Shown one piece after another: positions 27,476-36,004 of a stretch of DNA of 41,247 nt (within the stretch, counting starts at the first letter, position 1; the number at the start of each line of letters is the position of its first letter). The notes beneath the pieces were generated by a model that saw nothing but the letters and a program-made list of their open reading frames with translations, was not told the origin of the DNA and did not search any database. The translations under genes and the position numbers were made by a program. Where the stretch lies: the IMG/VR virus record IMGVR_UViG_3300025867_000675. One strand, given 5' to 3'. Source of the stretch: a virus.

Positions 27476-28344
27476 AAACCAAGAAAGTTATATTCCCATC
27501 GCAGATCACGCTGGTGGTCAATCGCAAAAATCTGAAGGACATCGGGCCGGTCAAAAACATCTTCATGGAGCTGGTCAAGCTCTGGATGAAGAAGCGCGGG
27601 TTGCCGATGCTCGACCAGTTTTCAAACCCGATGTACAAGGCATTTTCAGCAGCGTCGCTCGAGGTTACACAGTTCGACCCGAGGGTAGCTCCGAGAAAGC
27701 GCTGCTTGCACAACGGTTTCACCGCGCTGTACGTCTCAGGTAAGGGAAACGAGGAAGCAATTGCGGCAATAAACCGCTTCTATAAGGATGCTCAAGTTGG
27801 AAGTCTCGACCATCAAGCATTTCAAAAGGTTATCAAGCTGGTTGGGGACAGCGAATACGTCCTTGTGTACAACATCTTGCCGCCGATGAATGGGCTACCA
27901 CGTCCATACGACGTCGTTCATGACACCGTCGACGCTCAGCTCGTGGAGCTCAGAGCTAGAACCGCGCAGCTCGAGCAGCTTAACAAGCAACACAACGAGC
28001 TTTCTCACTACGTTCACAAGTCGTTTGACGAGTTTGCAGAGACGTTCAACCACTACATTCGTGCCCACGCGGAAAAGTTGCTGCGCTTCTCCCCGAACTA
28101 CTGGGCAAAAGCTGTTCAGCTTCCAGAGCTTGGCAGAGGACGCGTTGCGATAAGACTTCCAGAAGAAGGACAGAGCGTTGTATACTTCACATTCGAGCTT
28201 GCTGGAGCGTACGGCGTCAACCTCCAAAAGTTTGCCAGCATCGAGATGGTCGCCAAATGGGTGCAGAACCTGATCCACAGCAAAACGCCGAAGAAGGAGC
28301 TCGATGCCTGGATCAATCGCGGCTGGGTGACACCGATCAAATAA
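27472..28344 (+). CDS. hypothetical protein, paralog A of tandem pair
   Basis: N- and C-terminal similarity to 28385..29299 (…VNRK.L…W…ERG… / …W..G..). Confidence 0.65.
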   Translation: MKTKKVIFPSQITLVVNRKNLKDIGPVKNIFMELVKLWMKKRGLPMLDQFSNPMYKAFSAASLEVTQFDPRVAPRKRCLHNGFTALYVSGKGNEEAIAAINRFYKDAQVGSLDHQAFQKVIKLVGDSEYVLVYNILPPMNGLPRPYDVVHDTVDAQLVELRARTAQLEQLNKQHNELSHYVHKSFDEFAETFNHYIRAHAEKLLRFSPNYWAKAVQLPELGRGRVAIRLPEEGQSVVYFTFELAGAYGVNLQKFASIEMVAKWVQNLIHSKTPKKELDAWINRGWVTPIK

Positions 28345-28384
28345 GTGTTTACAAATTTCCGTAGATTGATATAGTAGGGGTCGT
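28340..28384 (+). promoter_or_regulatory. promoter copy 3 (-35 TTTACA 28348-28353; TGaTATAGT, -10 28370-28375; no A-rich UP because it overlaps a gene end)
   Basis: ATG 9 nt after -10. Confidence 0.75.
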
Positions 28385-29299
28385 ATGAAGAAATCATTCC
28401 CATCACGGGTGGTGCTGAAGGTGAACCGCAAGGTCCTTCTTGCAATGAACCAGTCCGATAGCTCGAATCTAGTTGTGGCTCTCCTGAAGCGCTGGATGGC
28501 TGAGCGCGGCTACGCTTTGAAGGACAGGCACGGAAACGCATGCTACAACCACTGGACGTCCGGTCGCGTAGCTGTGGCGCAGCTTGACTACCGAAAGGAG
28601 ATGAAGTTCACCGCCATCTACGACAAAGTCGACGGGAACATTCATGCAATCAACGCCCTCCAAGGAATGATCAACGAGGCGAACACAAACGTCAAAGGGT
28701 CTTACACTCCAGCCGACATCGTCAAGAGCTACCGCAAAATGGCAGAGCTGATCGGCAACATCGAGTATCACATGGAGTTCATCGCCAACCCGAACCCACG
28801 CTTTGACTTTGTTCCAGACAACGTCGAGGACGGCATCGGGTCTGGCAATGGCAGATCGATGGCAGAACTTCAGGCGTGCTACGCCACAGCGCAGCGGGCT
28901 GAGCGCGAACTAACCCAGCGCATGGAAGCGGCGGCTGTAAAGCTGCGCAAGTTCATCGCTGATCTTAACAGCGCTCTCGGGAAGCTGAGCACCAGCGACA
29001 CCACTGACCACGGCTTTTTGTGCGAGAACGGGCACGGCGACAGCAACCCATTCTTCAACCCATCCTATTTCAACCACCACAACAACAAGATCTACTTCAC
29101 CGCCGGTATCCCGCGCACCGGCCAGTCAATGCTGCTGCTCAACGTAGCCGACCGCACAGGAGCAATCTGCGCGAATGGCCGACACTTCGTGGACCTGAGC
29201 CGCTTCGCGAGCATTAAGGAGCTCGCCCGCGAGATCAACTCGCTGATGAATGACACGTCGACCCTGACGCAGTGGAAGGAGAAAGGTTACATCAAATGA
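28385..29299 (+). CDS. hypothetical protein, paralog B of tandem pair
   Basis: see paralog A. Confidence 0.65.
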   Translation: MKKSFPSRVVLKVNRKVLLAMNQSDSSNLVVALLKRWMAERGYALKDRHGNACYNHWTSGRVAVAQLDYRKEMKFTAIYDKVDGNIHAINALQGMINEANTNVKGSYTPADIVKSYRKMAELIGNIEYHMEFIANPNPRFDFVPDNVEDGIGSGNGRSMAELQACYATAQRAERELTQRMEAAAVKLRKFIADLNSALGKLSTSDTTDHGFLCENGHGDSNPFFNPSYFNHHNNKIYFTAGIPRTGQSMLLLNVADRTGAICANGRHFVDLSRFASIKELAREINSLMNDTSTLTQWKEKGYIK

Positions 29300-29514
29300 A
29301 ATCGCTCGCGGCTTTAATGGACGACGCAAAGAGGCAGCGGGACTGCATGGACAACCCACGCACCTTCTTGGCGCTGTTTCCGACAGGACCACGCAACGGA
29401 AGATTCATCGACCCGTATCTCGCGCTAGTCGAGATTGATGGGATCGGGATCTCTTCGTTCCCGCGTGACCTGTTACACGAAACTCAAGCAACCTGGGCAG
29501 ACGAAAAGGACTGA
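29296..29514 (+). CDS. small hypothetical protein
   Basis: ATGA overlap. Confidence 0.5.
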   Translation: MKSLAALMDDAKRQRDCMDNPRTFLALFPTGPRNGRFIDPYLALVEIDGIGISSFPRDLLHETQATWADEKD

Positions 29515-29515
29515 T

Positions 29516-29794
29516 ATGAAAAACAAACAGATGTCGCGAGACGAGCTGATTACGCTGCGAGACCAGATCAAGGACATCCTTGACCAAGTCGAGCGATTGA
29601 TCTCTCCAGACTGCGAGTGCGGGCACGACTGGGACAATCCTGGTGGAACCGAGCGCCGTCGCAACAAGGGCGGAAACTGGGTCGAACACACTGGAGGGAA
29701 GACAGGCCACTGGGAAGGCGGCACCAACATCGTCGAGTACGTCCGCACATGCAAACGTTGCGGAGTCGAAGAGGTCGTTTCAACCTACGCATAA
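29516..29794 (+). CDS. small Cys-rich protein
   Basis: AAAAGGA SD before ATG. Confidence 0.55.
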   Translation: MKNKQMSRDELITLRDQIKDILDQVERLISPDCECGHDWDNPGGTERRRNKGGNWVEHTGGKTGHWEGGTNIVEYVRTCKRCGVEEVVSTYA

Positions 29795-29798
29795 TGCT

Positions 29799-30521
29799 AT
29801 GAAAGAAGCCTGTGAAATAAGCCCAATGTTCAGAGACGTCATTCTCGACAGAGAGGAGTTCCAGGCGGCGCTGTACGCGAGAGCCAAGGTGCCGCACTAC
29901 CCGACACTCAGCTTCCACGCTGATGTACCTGGGAATCCTGACCACCGAGGAGGTCTAATCCTTGAAGGAGTCATCGTCGACTCTCTGACCGTGCGCTATT
30001 CAACGACCGACGGGCGCCCAGTCCTGAGCGTCAACCTGAACTCGCCCGAAAGAGTCCAGCTCAGCGTCAACAACATCCGCTGTTTCCAGGTCAGGACCGC
30101 GCGCTACTGGAACGAAGCGCATCCACTGACAGCAACGTTCCACCGCATCGTCGCGCACAAGAGCTCTCAGCCTGGACGTCCTGATTGGCTCAAGACGCTT
30201 GTCGAGCGATTCAATGCTGCGCATCCACGCCAGGAAAAGAAGCGCGTGCGAAAAGCAGCGATGCCGAAGAAATGGAGCCGTGAAAAGATCCAGGACCAGT
30301 TTACAGGATTGCTTAAAAAGGATGGCACTCCGATGTCCCGCCAGCAGCTCCACATCCTGCGCAAGAAGGCCAAGGGTCTCTGTGTAGTGTGCAGCAAGCC
30401 TGCTCTCGGCATCCACTGCCTGGAACACTCAGTCGAAGCCCGGGAGCGCCAACGCAAGATCAACAAGTCCCGCAAGCGCCTGAAAAACGCCATGAGCTAC
30501 AAAGCGGAAAGGGAAGCATGA
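29799..30521 (+). CDS. hypothetical protein with basic C-terminal region
   Basis: internal ATG of ORF 29643..30521. Confidence 0.6.
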   Translation: MKEACEISPMFRDVILDREEFQAALYARAKVPHYPTLSFHADVPGNPDHRGGLILEGVIVDSLTVRYSTTDGRPVLSVNLNSPERVQLSVNNIRCFQVRTARYWNEAHPLTATFHRIVAHKSSQPGRPDWLKTLVERFNAAHPRQEKKRVRKAAMPKKWSREKIQDQFTGLLKKDGTPMSRQQLHILRKKAKGLCVVCSKPALGIHCLEHSVEARERQRKINKSRKRLKNAMSYKAEREA

Positions 30522-30712
30522 ATGGAATGACTCCAACTAGAGACGAAAATGAGATGTTCACCGAGGCCGACAGCATCACCTATTATGACCCAGGACAGGG
30601 CTCAATTCTAAGGAGAGACTCGGACAAAGAGTTTGTTCTGACGCTGGGGAACGGAGGCCACATCAGGCTTGTCAGCGAAACTCCGATTAAAGCTTTTTTA
30701 AAGGCTGAGTAA
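30518..30712 (+). CDS. small hypothetical protein
   Basis: ATGA overlap. Confidence 0.5.
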   Translation: MNGMTPTRDENEMFTEADSITYYDPGQGSILRRDSDKEFVLTLGNGGHIRLVSETPIKAFLKAE

Positions 30713-30924
30713 TGAGCGGATTCTTATTTGACAGCTTTGAAAACCTGCGCCAGCGCGTCAACGAGCTGCTTCCTCAAGAGCAGGACGCACTGCGCGAGCA
30801 CCGCTCGCTTTACCTGGAATGCATGTGCAGCCCGGGCAAGCTGCTGAAGGACCGCGAGACTCTACAGGAACTAAGGGACGGCATCCTGCTGTTCGGCGTG
30901 TACGAAACCTGCAAACCAAAATGA
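30712..30924 (+). CDS. small hypothetical protein
   Basis: TAATG junction. Confidence 0.5.
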   Translation: MSGFLFDSFENLRQRVNELLPQEQDALREHRSLYLECMCSPGKLLKDRETLQELRDGILLFGVYETCKPK

Positions 30925-31133
30925 ACCAACTAGTCAAGCTTGAAAACTCGCAGGGACGCCACGTCTGGCTCAACCCTGAAACAGTCGCAAGTATCCAGGT
31001 CACAGAGAGATCTCGCGACATCACCGAGGTGAAGCTCATGAGTGGCGAGGTCGGGAATTACAGAGGGACTCCGGACGCATTCCTGCTGACTCTGCGCTTG
31101 GGTGTAAGTCAGATGCCAACCTCTGAGAGATGA
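30921..31133 (+). CDS. small hypothetical protein
   Basis: ATGA overlap. Confidence 0.5.
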   Translation: MNQLVKLENSQGRHVWLNPETVASIQVTERSRDITEVKLMSGEVGNYRGTPDAFLLTLRLGVSQMPTSER

Positions 31134-32515
31134 TTGCAAATCCGTGCAGGTTCGATTCCTGCCGCGTTCGCCATAGTTATGGCATGCCCGCAAAGGACAT
31201 TCTAGCCCAGCTGATTGGAGAGTCGGTCACATACCGGCTTCCCCAATCTAAAAACGTCCTCTTCTACGATTTCTACGTTCTCTCGTACCTTCGCAGCCTG
31301 AACCTCGATCCCACGTCAAAGGACTCCAGGGCGTCATTCTTCGGCGGCGAGGTGAAAGAGGATGTCGATCACGCCGTCCAGGTGCTGGTCCCCTACCTCC
31401 GTCAGAACCTCCTCGACGCTACATTCCTGAGCATCTGCGCTGAGATCCGCCACAGCCTCACTGAGCTTCCTGAGTGGAAGCAGTTGGCCAGGAAAATGCC
31501 AATGATGTTTGACTACGCTCGGAACTATCTTTCCAAGCACGCAGGCATGCTTCGCCATACTGGAGAGCCATACCCGGTCAGAGGGAATTCAAAGAGCTAT
31601 GACGATTCAGTCGTGGCGGCGCTTCGCACGATCAGAGACAGGCAGTCAAGCAAGCGCGAGTTCGTGTTTAATTGCCGCAAGATGTTCGCGTCAGGGGGCT
31701 GGTCGGCTGATTACGGCGGCAGACCGTGGGCCGGCATCTGCGACGCCTGGATTCGCTTGCACGACACCAACCCTGGAGATCCGAGCGCGAACTTCGTCAG
31801 CATCGACCACCTGTTCGATATGCAGCACAACACGGGCACGGTGCTCAACAAGGTGAAGGAGTACGCGATCGACGGAGGATATAGCTGGCTTTCACGCGGT
31901 CTCGACAACAAGGCCAAGGTCTCGTCTATCCGGCTGCTGCTTCCAAACTGCTCAAGCGACATGCAACGTCTAGCGGCGAAAACGCTGAAGACGGGCGGAG
32001 AGCCAGAGATTCAAAAGCCTAAGGACTGGCCAAAGTACTTCCAATACGGAGCAACGCTGTTCAAAGCCGAATCTGCAACGTGCAAAGGTTTTTGGTACAA
32101 GGACGCGACAAGTGAGTGGATCCCACGGTTGTCACCAGAGTCGCTCTTTGACTACGCGAAGAGGCACAACTTTAGGGCGCTTACTCCTAAGGACGTGGCC
32201 GTAAGCTTTCCGTGCGCTATTGGCTACAGCAAGCAGTACACTGGGTATGACGCCAAGAAGGCAAAGTATACCAGCGCCGAAGATGAAGAAGAGCGGCGCG
32301 ATCCTCCGCCTCGCGTCCACGGCCACGCGCATGTAACATTCCTTCACGACGGAAAGACCTATGACCTGGTGTACTCGCACTTCTGCGGCGGGACGCTGAT
32401 CCGGCTTCCGAAAGAGCTCGGTGGAAATTGGGGAACCTACTACAAGGGCGAGATCAAGGACGGAAAAGTGATTCACAGGATCGGCCCAGTTGACTTCAAC
32501 AGCGGGCACAAGTGA
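31130..32515 (+). CDS. large hypothetical protein (461 aa)
   Basis: ORF track; ATGA overlap. Confidence 0.65.
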   Translation: MIANPCRFDSCRVRHSYGMPAKDILAQLIGESVTYRLPQSKNVLFYDFYVLSYLRSLNLDPTSKDSRASFFGGEVKEDVDHAVQVLVPYLRQNLLDATFLSICAEIRHSLTELPEWKQLARKMPMMFDYARNYLSKHAGMLRHTGEPYPVRGNSKSYDDSVVAALRTIRDRQSSKREFVFNCRKMFASGGWSADYGGRPWAGICDAWIRLHDTNPGDPSANFVSIDHLFDMQHNTGTVLNKVKEYAIDGGYSWLSRGLDNKAKVSSIRLLLPNCSSDMQRLAAKTLKTGGEPEIQKPKDWPKYFQYGATLFKAESATCKGFWYKDATSEWIPRLSPESLFDYAKRHNFRALTPKDVAVSFPCAIGYSKQYTGYDAKKAKYTSAEDEEERRDPPPRVHGHAHVTFLHDGKTYDLVYSHFCGGTLIRLPKELGGNWGTYYKGEIKDGKVIHRIGPVDFNSGHK

Positions 32516-32523
32516 TTCTCTAG

Positions 32524-33909
32524 TTGGTGAGAATCTTAGTTTTAGCCATTGCTAGCATCGCGCTCGTCTGCAACGCGTCCACGAACATCGTCATCGACTG
32601 CTCTAAAATTGTCGGCGAGTTCAAACCCCTAAACAGCATCAACGGCGGCATCCTCGTTAAGGATGGCACATACGACCTGACCGAGCCGAGCAAGAAGGCT
32701 GCTTTCCCGATGTTCCGCCTCCACGACTGCGTCTTCGCCTACCACGAGGTGGTTGATGTCCACTGCATCTTCAGAGACTTTAGGAACGACCCGTCGAATC
32801 CGGACAACTACTTCTTTGCGAGGACTGACGATTACCTGCTTCCAATCCTGACCAACGGCTTCAAGGTGGTTTACCGGCTTGGAGAGAGCATCGAGCACAC
32901 TCCCAAGAAGTACTTCATAAACGCGCCTGATCCGCACAAGTGGGCTGAGATCTGCAAGGGAATCATCCGTCACTACAACCACGGCTGGGCTAACGGGTTT
33001 CACTACGGAATCGTCTACTGGGAGATCTGGAGCGAGCCAGAGAACTACCTCAACTGGAAGGGAAGCGATGAGGCGTACTTTCAGCTGTACGACATCGCCT
33101 CAAAGGAGATCAAGAAGGAGTTCCCGTACGTGAAGATAGGCGGTCCGTCAATGGGTAACCCTTGCATTCCTAGAGACAACTACTGGGTCATCCAGTCGTT
33201 CACTGCATCATTTTTGGAATACTGCCGTGCGCGCAGGTCTCCGATCGACTTCTTCTCGTGGCACAACTACTCTAACAGCCCTTACGAAGTCTGCTCAAAG
33301 GCCAAGGTCATCAGAGAGGCGCTGAACAACTACGGATACACCAACTCTGAGTCGCACCTGAATGAGTGGGGCCACCTGCCTGGAAACAGCTGGGAGGGAC
33401 ACATCTCTAAATCTCACAAGGAGGCTCAGAAGTGGTCAGAACGTGTGAACAGCTTCGACGGCGCCGCTTATACAATGGCGGTCATGCTGGATGGCCAGGA
33501 TGCACCAATAGACGCTGCGTTCACCTTCAACTCGGACACCGGAAGATTCGGCATTTACGACCAGTGGGGAACGCCGCGGCCGACGTGGTACGCGCTGCAA
33601 GCCTTCAGCTGGGTGCTGTCTGGCACCAACATCAGGATCAAGACCACAAATCAGGACCGCGTCTCGGTCGGTGCTGGTGTTTCAAAGGATAAGAGTAAAG
33701 TGCAAGTCCTCGTCAGCCACCGCGCCAACCCTGAGAAGCTCTCGCTGAGCGTCACCAACCTGCCGTGGTCTGGGCAGTCTATCGTCGAGGTGTTTGAGGT
33801 GACAGAGGACAGCTTGGCTCCGATCTTCAAGCGCAGCATGGGAAGCGTCTCCGTTCCGCTTACTCTCTCATCCTCATCTGTCGTGCTCATTCGGGTCATG
33901 CCAAAATAG
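32524..33909 (+). CDS. secreted glycoside hydrolase (clan GH-A-like TIM barrel)
   Basis: signal peptide; WEIWSEPE (acid/base-like NEP) and HLNEWG motifs; TTG/GTG start. Confidence 0.65.
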   Translation: MVRILVLAIASIALVCNASTNIVIDCSKIVGEFKPLNSINGGILVKDGTYDLTEPSKKAAFPMFRLHDCVFAYHEVVDVHCIFRDFRNDPSNPDNYFFARTDDYLLPILTNGFKVVYRLGESIEHTPKKYFINAPDPHKWAEICKGIIRHYNHGWANGFHYGIVYWEIWSEPENYLNWKGSDEAYFQLYDIASKEIKKEFPYVKIGGPSMGNPCIPRDNYWVIQSFTASFLEYCRARRSPIDFFSWHNYSNSPYEVCSKAKVIREALNNYGYTNSESHLNEWGHLPGNSWEGHISKSHKEAQKWSERVNSFDGAAYTMAVMLDGQDAPIDAAFTFNSDTGRFGIYDQWGTPRPTWYALQAFSWVLSGTNIRIKTTNQDRVSVGAGVSKDKSKVQVLVSHRANPEKLSLSVTNLPWSGQSIVEVFEVTEDSLAPIFKRSMGSVSVPLTLSSSSVVLIRVMPK

Positions 33910-33957
33910 TTGCAAATAAATGTTTACATTTTTGCGTATCGTGATATAGTGCTCCCA
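33903..33957 (+). promoter_or_regulatory. promoter copy 4 (-35 TTTACA 33923-33928; TGaTATAGT, -10 33945-33950)
   Basis: only copy not followed by an ATG; followed by structured RNA. Confidence 0.75.
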
Positions 33958-33958
33958 T

Positions 33959-34062
33959 CGACGGTGAAAGTAGTCGGGTGACTACACCTGAAAGCATCTC
34001 CGCCCGAAAGGACGGAGGGATGAACTGAGGGAGAGCGGGTTCGAGTCCCGGTATCGTCGTCA
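33959..34062 (+). ncRNA. tRNA-like structured RNA (non-canonical; 7-8-bp acceptor-like stem, 6-bp/4-nt D-like hairpin, GNRA-capped long hairpin, GGTTCGAGTCC T-loop motif)
   Basis: cgacggt(g) pairs with (t)atcgtcg at 3' end; gtagtc-gggt-gactac hairpin; gcgggTTCGAGTcccgg. Confidence 0.4.
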
Positions 34063-34067
34063 TTAAC

Positions 34068-34775
34068 ATGAAACGCTATTACTACGCCATCCTGCACACT
34101 CCGAGTCCTTATATGAAATCGCCTGAGGCGGTTATCATGGACCAGCACCCCATTGACTGGCTGATCGCGCGCAGCAAGCTCGCGCCAGACGAAGAAGCCA
34201 TCCCTCCTGCAGAGGTTGAGTACACTGTCTCATTCTGGTGCGAAGTCACTGAAGAGCAGTTCAAAGCCTGGAACGGCGAGCGCGTCAAGAACATCTTGAA
34301 CCAGATTCCATTTGAGTTCAACACCGGTGAAGTTATTGACCCGCAGGGATGGAGCGACGACCGCTCTCCGTTCACCGTCGTCCACCGCACGCGATACAAG
34401 GATTTTGACGAAGAAGTCGACATCTACTTCCTGTCGTCCAACGCCGCCGAGAACGGCGACGCGTTCAACAACGCGATCCTGAAGCACCGCCGCGAGAAAG
34501 GCACGTTCGAGCTTCTGGACTTGGACGGTCAGTTCGTTTCTCCATCACTCGAGATCTTCGACACATCCATCAAAATCGACTCAAGCGTACGACCCGCGGA
34601 CATGAAAAAACCTGCAGAGGAGAAAGCGATCGACGCGGAAACCGTGGACTTGCACGCCATGTCGAGCGACGACCTGGTCCAGGACTTCGTGGACGAGCTT
34701 GCCAGCGATTCAATTGTCACTAAAAACCGCGCCAACAAAATCCGAGCTGAAATCCTTCGCCGCCTGAAATCCTAA
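34068..34775 (+). CDS. acidic hypothetical protein (start uncertain)
   Basis: ORF track. Confidence 0.55.
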   Translation: MKRYYYAILHTPSPYMKSPEAVIMDQHPIDWLIARSKLAPDEEAIPPAEVEYTVSFWCEVTEEQFKAWNGERVKNILNQIPFEFNTGEVIDPQGWSDDRSPFTVVHRTRYKDFDEEVDIYFLSSNAAENGDAFNNAILKHRREKGTFELLDLDGQFVSPSLEIFDTSIKIDSSVRPADMKKPAEEKAIDAETVDLHAMSSDDLVQDFVDELASDSIVTKNRANKIRAEILRRLKS

Positions 34776-34778
34776 TTT

Positions 34779-35042
34779 ATGATCAAAGTTGAACTCACTG
34801 AACAGCAATTCCTGAGCTTGATCTCCAAGCAAAAGTTCGTCATCCTCTTCGAGGAGACGGCCGGCACCGAGACCTGCGAGGGCTTCACCAACTTCCGGCT
34901 ATCCACGAGCCCGAACATGCACCGCGGTCTCAAGCACCATTACGAGATCAACGTGGGCGGAGTCGATCTCCACTTGCGCTCTGACAACCCGCTGAAAGGT
35001 CGCGAGCTGGCGCGGATCACCGCCAACCCATTCATTTGCTGA
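34779..35042 (+). CDS. hypothetical protein
   Basis: TAATTTATG junction. Confidence 0.55.
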   Translation: MIKVELTEQQFLSLISKQKFVILFEETAGTETCEGFTNFRLSTSPNMHRGLKHHYEINVGGVDLHLRSDNPLKGRELARITANPFIC

Positions 35043-35083
35043 CGAAACCTCAAATTAAACCACAAACCGAAAGGAAACCCATT

Positions 35084-35431
35084 ATGGGAGCAGACGTAGG
35101 ACAGTTGCTCTTCGGAGCTAAAATATCGGAAAAGATCGCGCAAGAGATCTTCAAAGCGTGCGGACTCGACGAATACGGCCGCAAAGACGACAAGGGCGGT
35201 CAAGAAGTCTCTGAAGGAGTCATTGTCGACATGCCGTACGAGACGGACGAGTATTACCTCGCGCTCAACGACGAGACCAATCGTGAGTCGCAAAATGGAG
35301 GTGACTTCATTGGCGAGAACATCGAGACGCCTTCGTACGGCCGCGCCAGAATAGAGGCAGCGCTGAAGAAGTTCAATCTGCCGGTCGAGACCGCAAAGAT
35401 CGGTTGGTATCTGATCGGGCACTATGACTAG
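35084..35431 (+). CDS. hypothetical protein
   Basis: AAGGA SD; internal ATG of ORF 35036..35431. Confidence 0.55.
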   Translation: MGADVGQLLFGAKISEKIAQEIFKACGLDEYGRKDDKGGQEVSEGVIVDMPYETDEYYLALNDETNRESQNGGDFIGENIETPSYGRARIEAALKKFNLPVETAKIGWYLIGHYD

Positions 35432-35609
35432 AAAGCTCGACCTCAAACCTGATCAAGTTGATCGGCGCATCCACGTCTGGGTGCAGCCGATCAACGGCTA
35501 CGCGCTGCATGAAGAGGCGCGGAAAGACAGCAGTCTGAAGTACTGCATCTGCCAGCAGATGTTCGTCGCAGCAACCAATCCAAGCTGCACTAAAAGGATT
35601 TGTGGCTAA
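35424..35609 (+). CDS. small Cys-containing protein
   Basis: ORF track. Confidence 0.5.
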   Translation: MTRKLDLKPDQVDRRIHVWVQPINGYALHEEARKDSSLKYCICQQMFVAATNPSCTKRICG

Positions 35610-35796
35610 AAAGAAACCAACCATAATTCGCACCAACGACAAACTGCGGGTTGAAGTCGACAAGAATCACAACTACAACTCCAGGTGCCAGTGCATGGCT
35701 TGCCTCCAGTTCTGGCTCGCGTTCGCGAGTGGAGAAATTGAGGTTCTAAGCCCAGATGGGCGCCGCATGGTCCCACCTGGAACGAGACAGGCATGA
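35602..35796 (+). CDS. small Cys-rich protein (GTG start)
   Basis: ORF track. Confidence 0.45.
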   Translation: MAKKKPTIIRTNDKLRVEVDKNHNYNSRCQCMACLQFWLAFASGEIEVLSPDGRRMVPPGTRQA

Positions 35797-35948
35797 ACGC
35801 AAAACACATTTTTCAAGGCCAACCGGCACCTTCACTGGCGCAATGCCAGGCCATGATCGATTGGTATTTCAAGACTTATCCCGAGATGGCGCGCGCAGTC
35901 AAGCGCCAGCAGCGCCAACTCGAGGCTAAAAGACGCGGAATAAAGTAG
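35793..35948 (+). CDS. small basic protein (51 aa)
   Basis: ATGA overlap. Confidence 0.35.
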   Translation: MNAKHIFQGQPAPSLAQCQAMIDWYFKTYPEMARAVKRQQRQLEAKRRGIK

Positions 35949-35965
35949 TCCCGTGATGCGTATCC

Positions 35966-36004
35966 GACTGGTCGTAGTTAGGCCATATGAAACTACGATC
36001 AGTC
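35966..36004 (+). other. 14-bp stem-loop with start codon of next gene in its 11-nt loop
   Basis: gactggtcgtagtt / aactacgatcagtc (one G·U); loop aggccatatga. Confidence 0.6.

Noticed and set aside
27895-28431. 178-aa minus-strand ORF
   Set aside because: It is antisense to paralogue A and to promoter copy 3, with no start context and junk-like composition.
33997-34018. Hairpin within tRNA-like RNA as a canonical anticodon arm
   Set aside because: Its loop is 10 nt (or a 5-nt GNRA-type loop with extended stem), not 7 nt. A confident tRNA isotype or anticodon call is therefore not possible.
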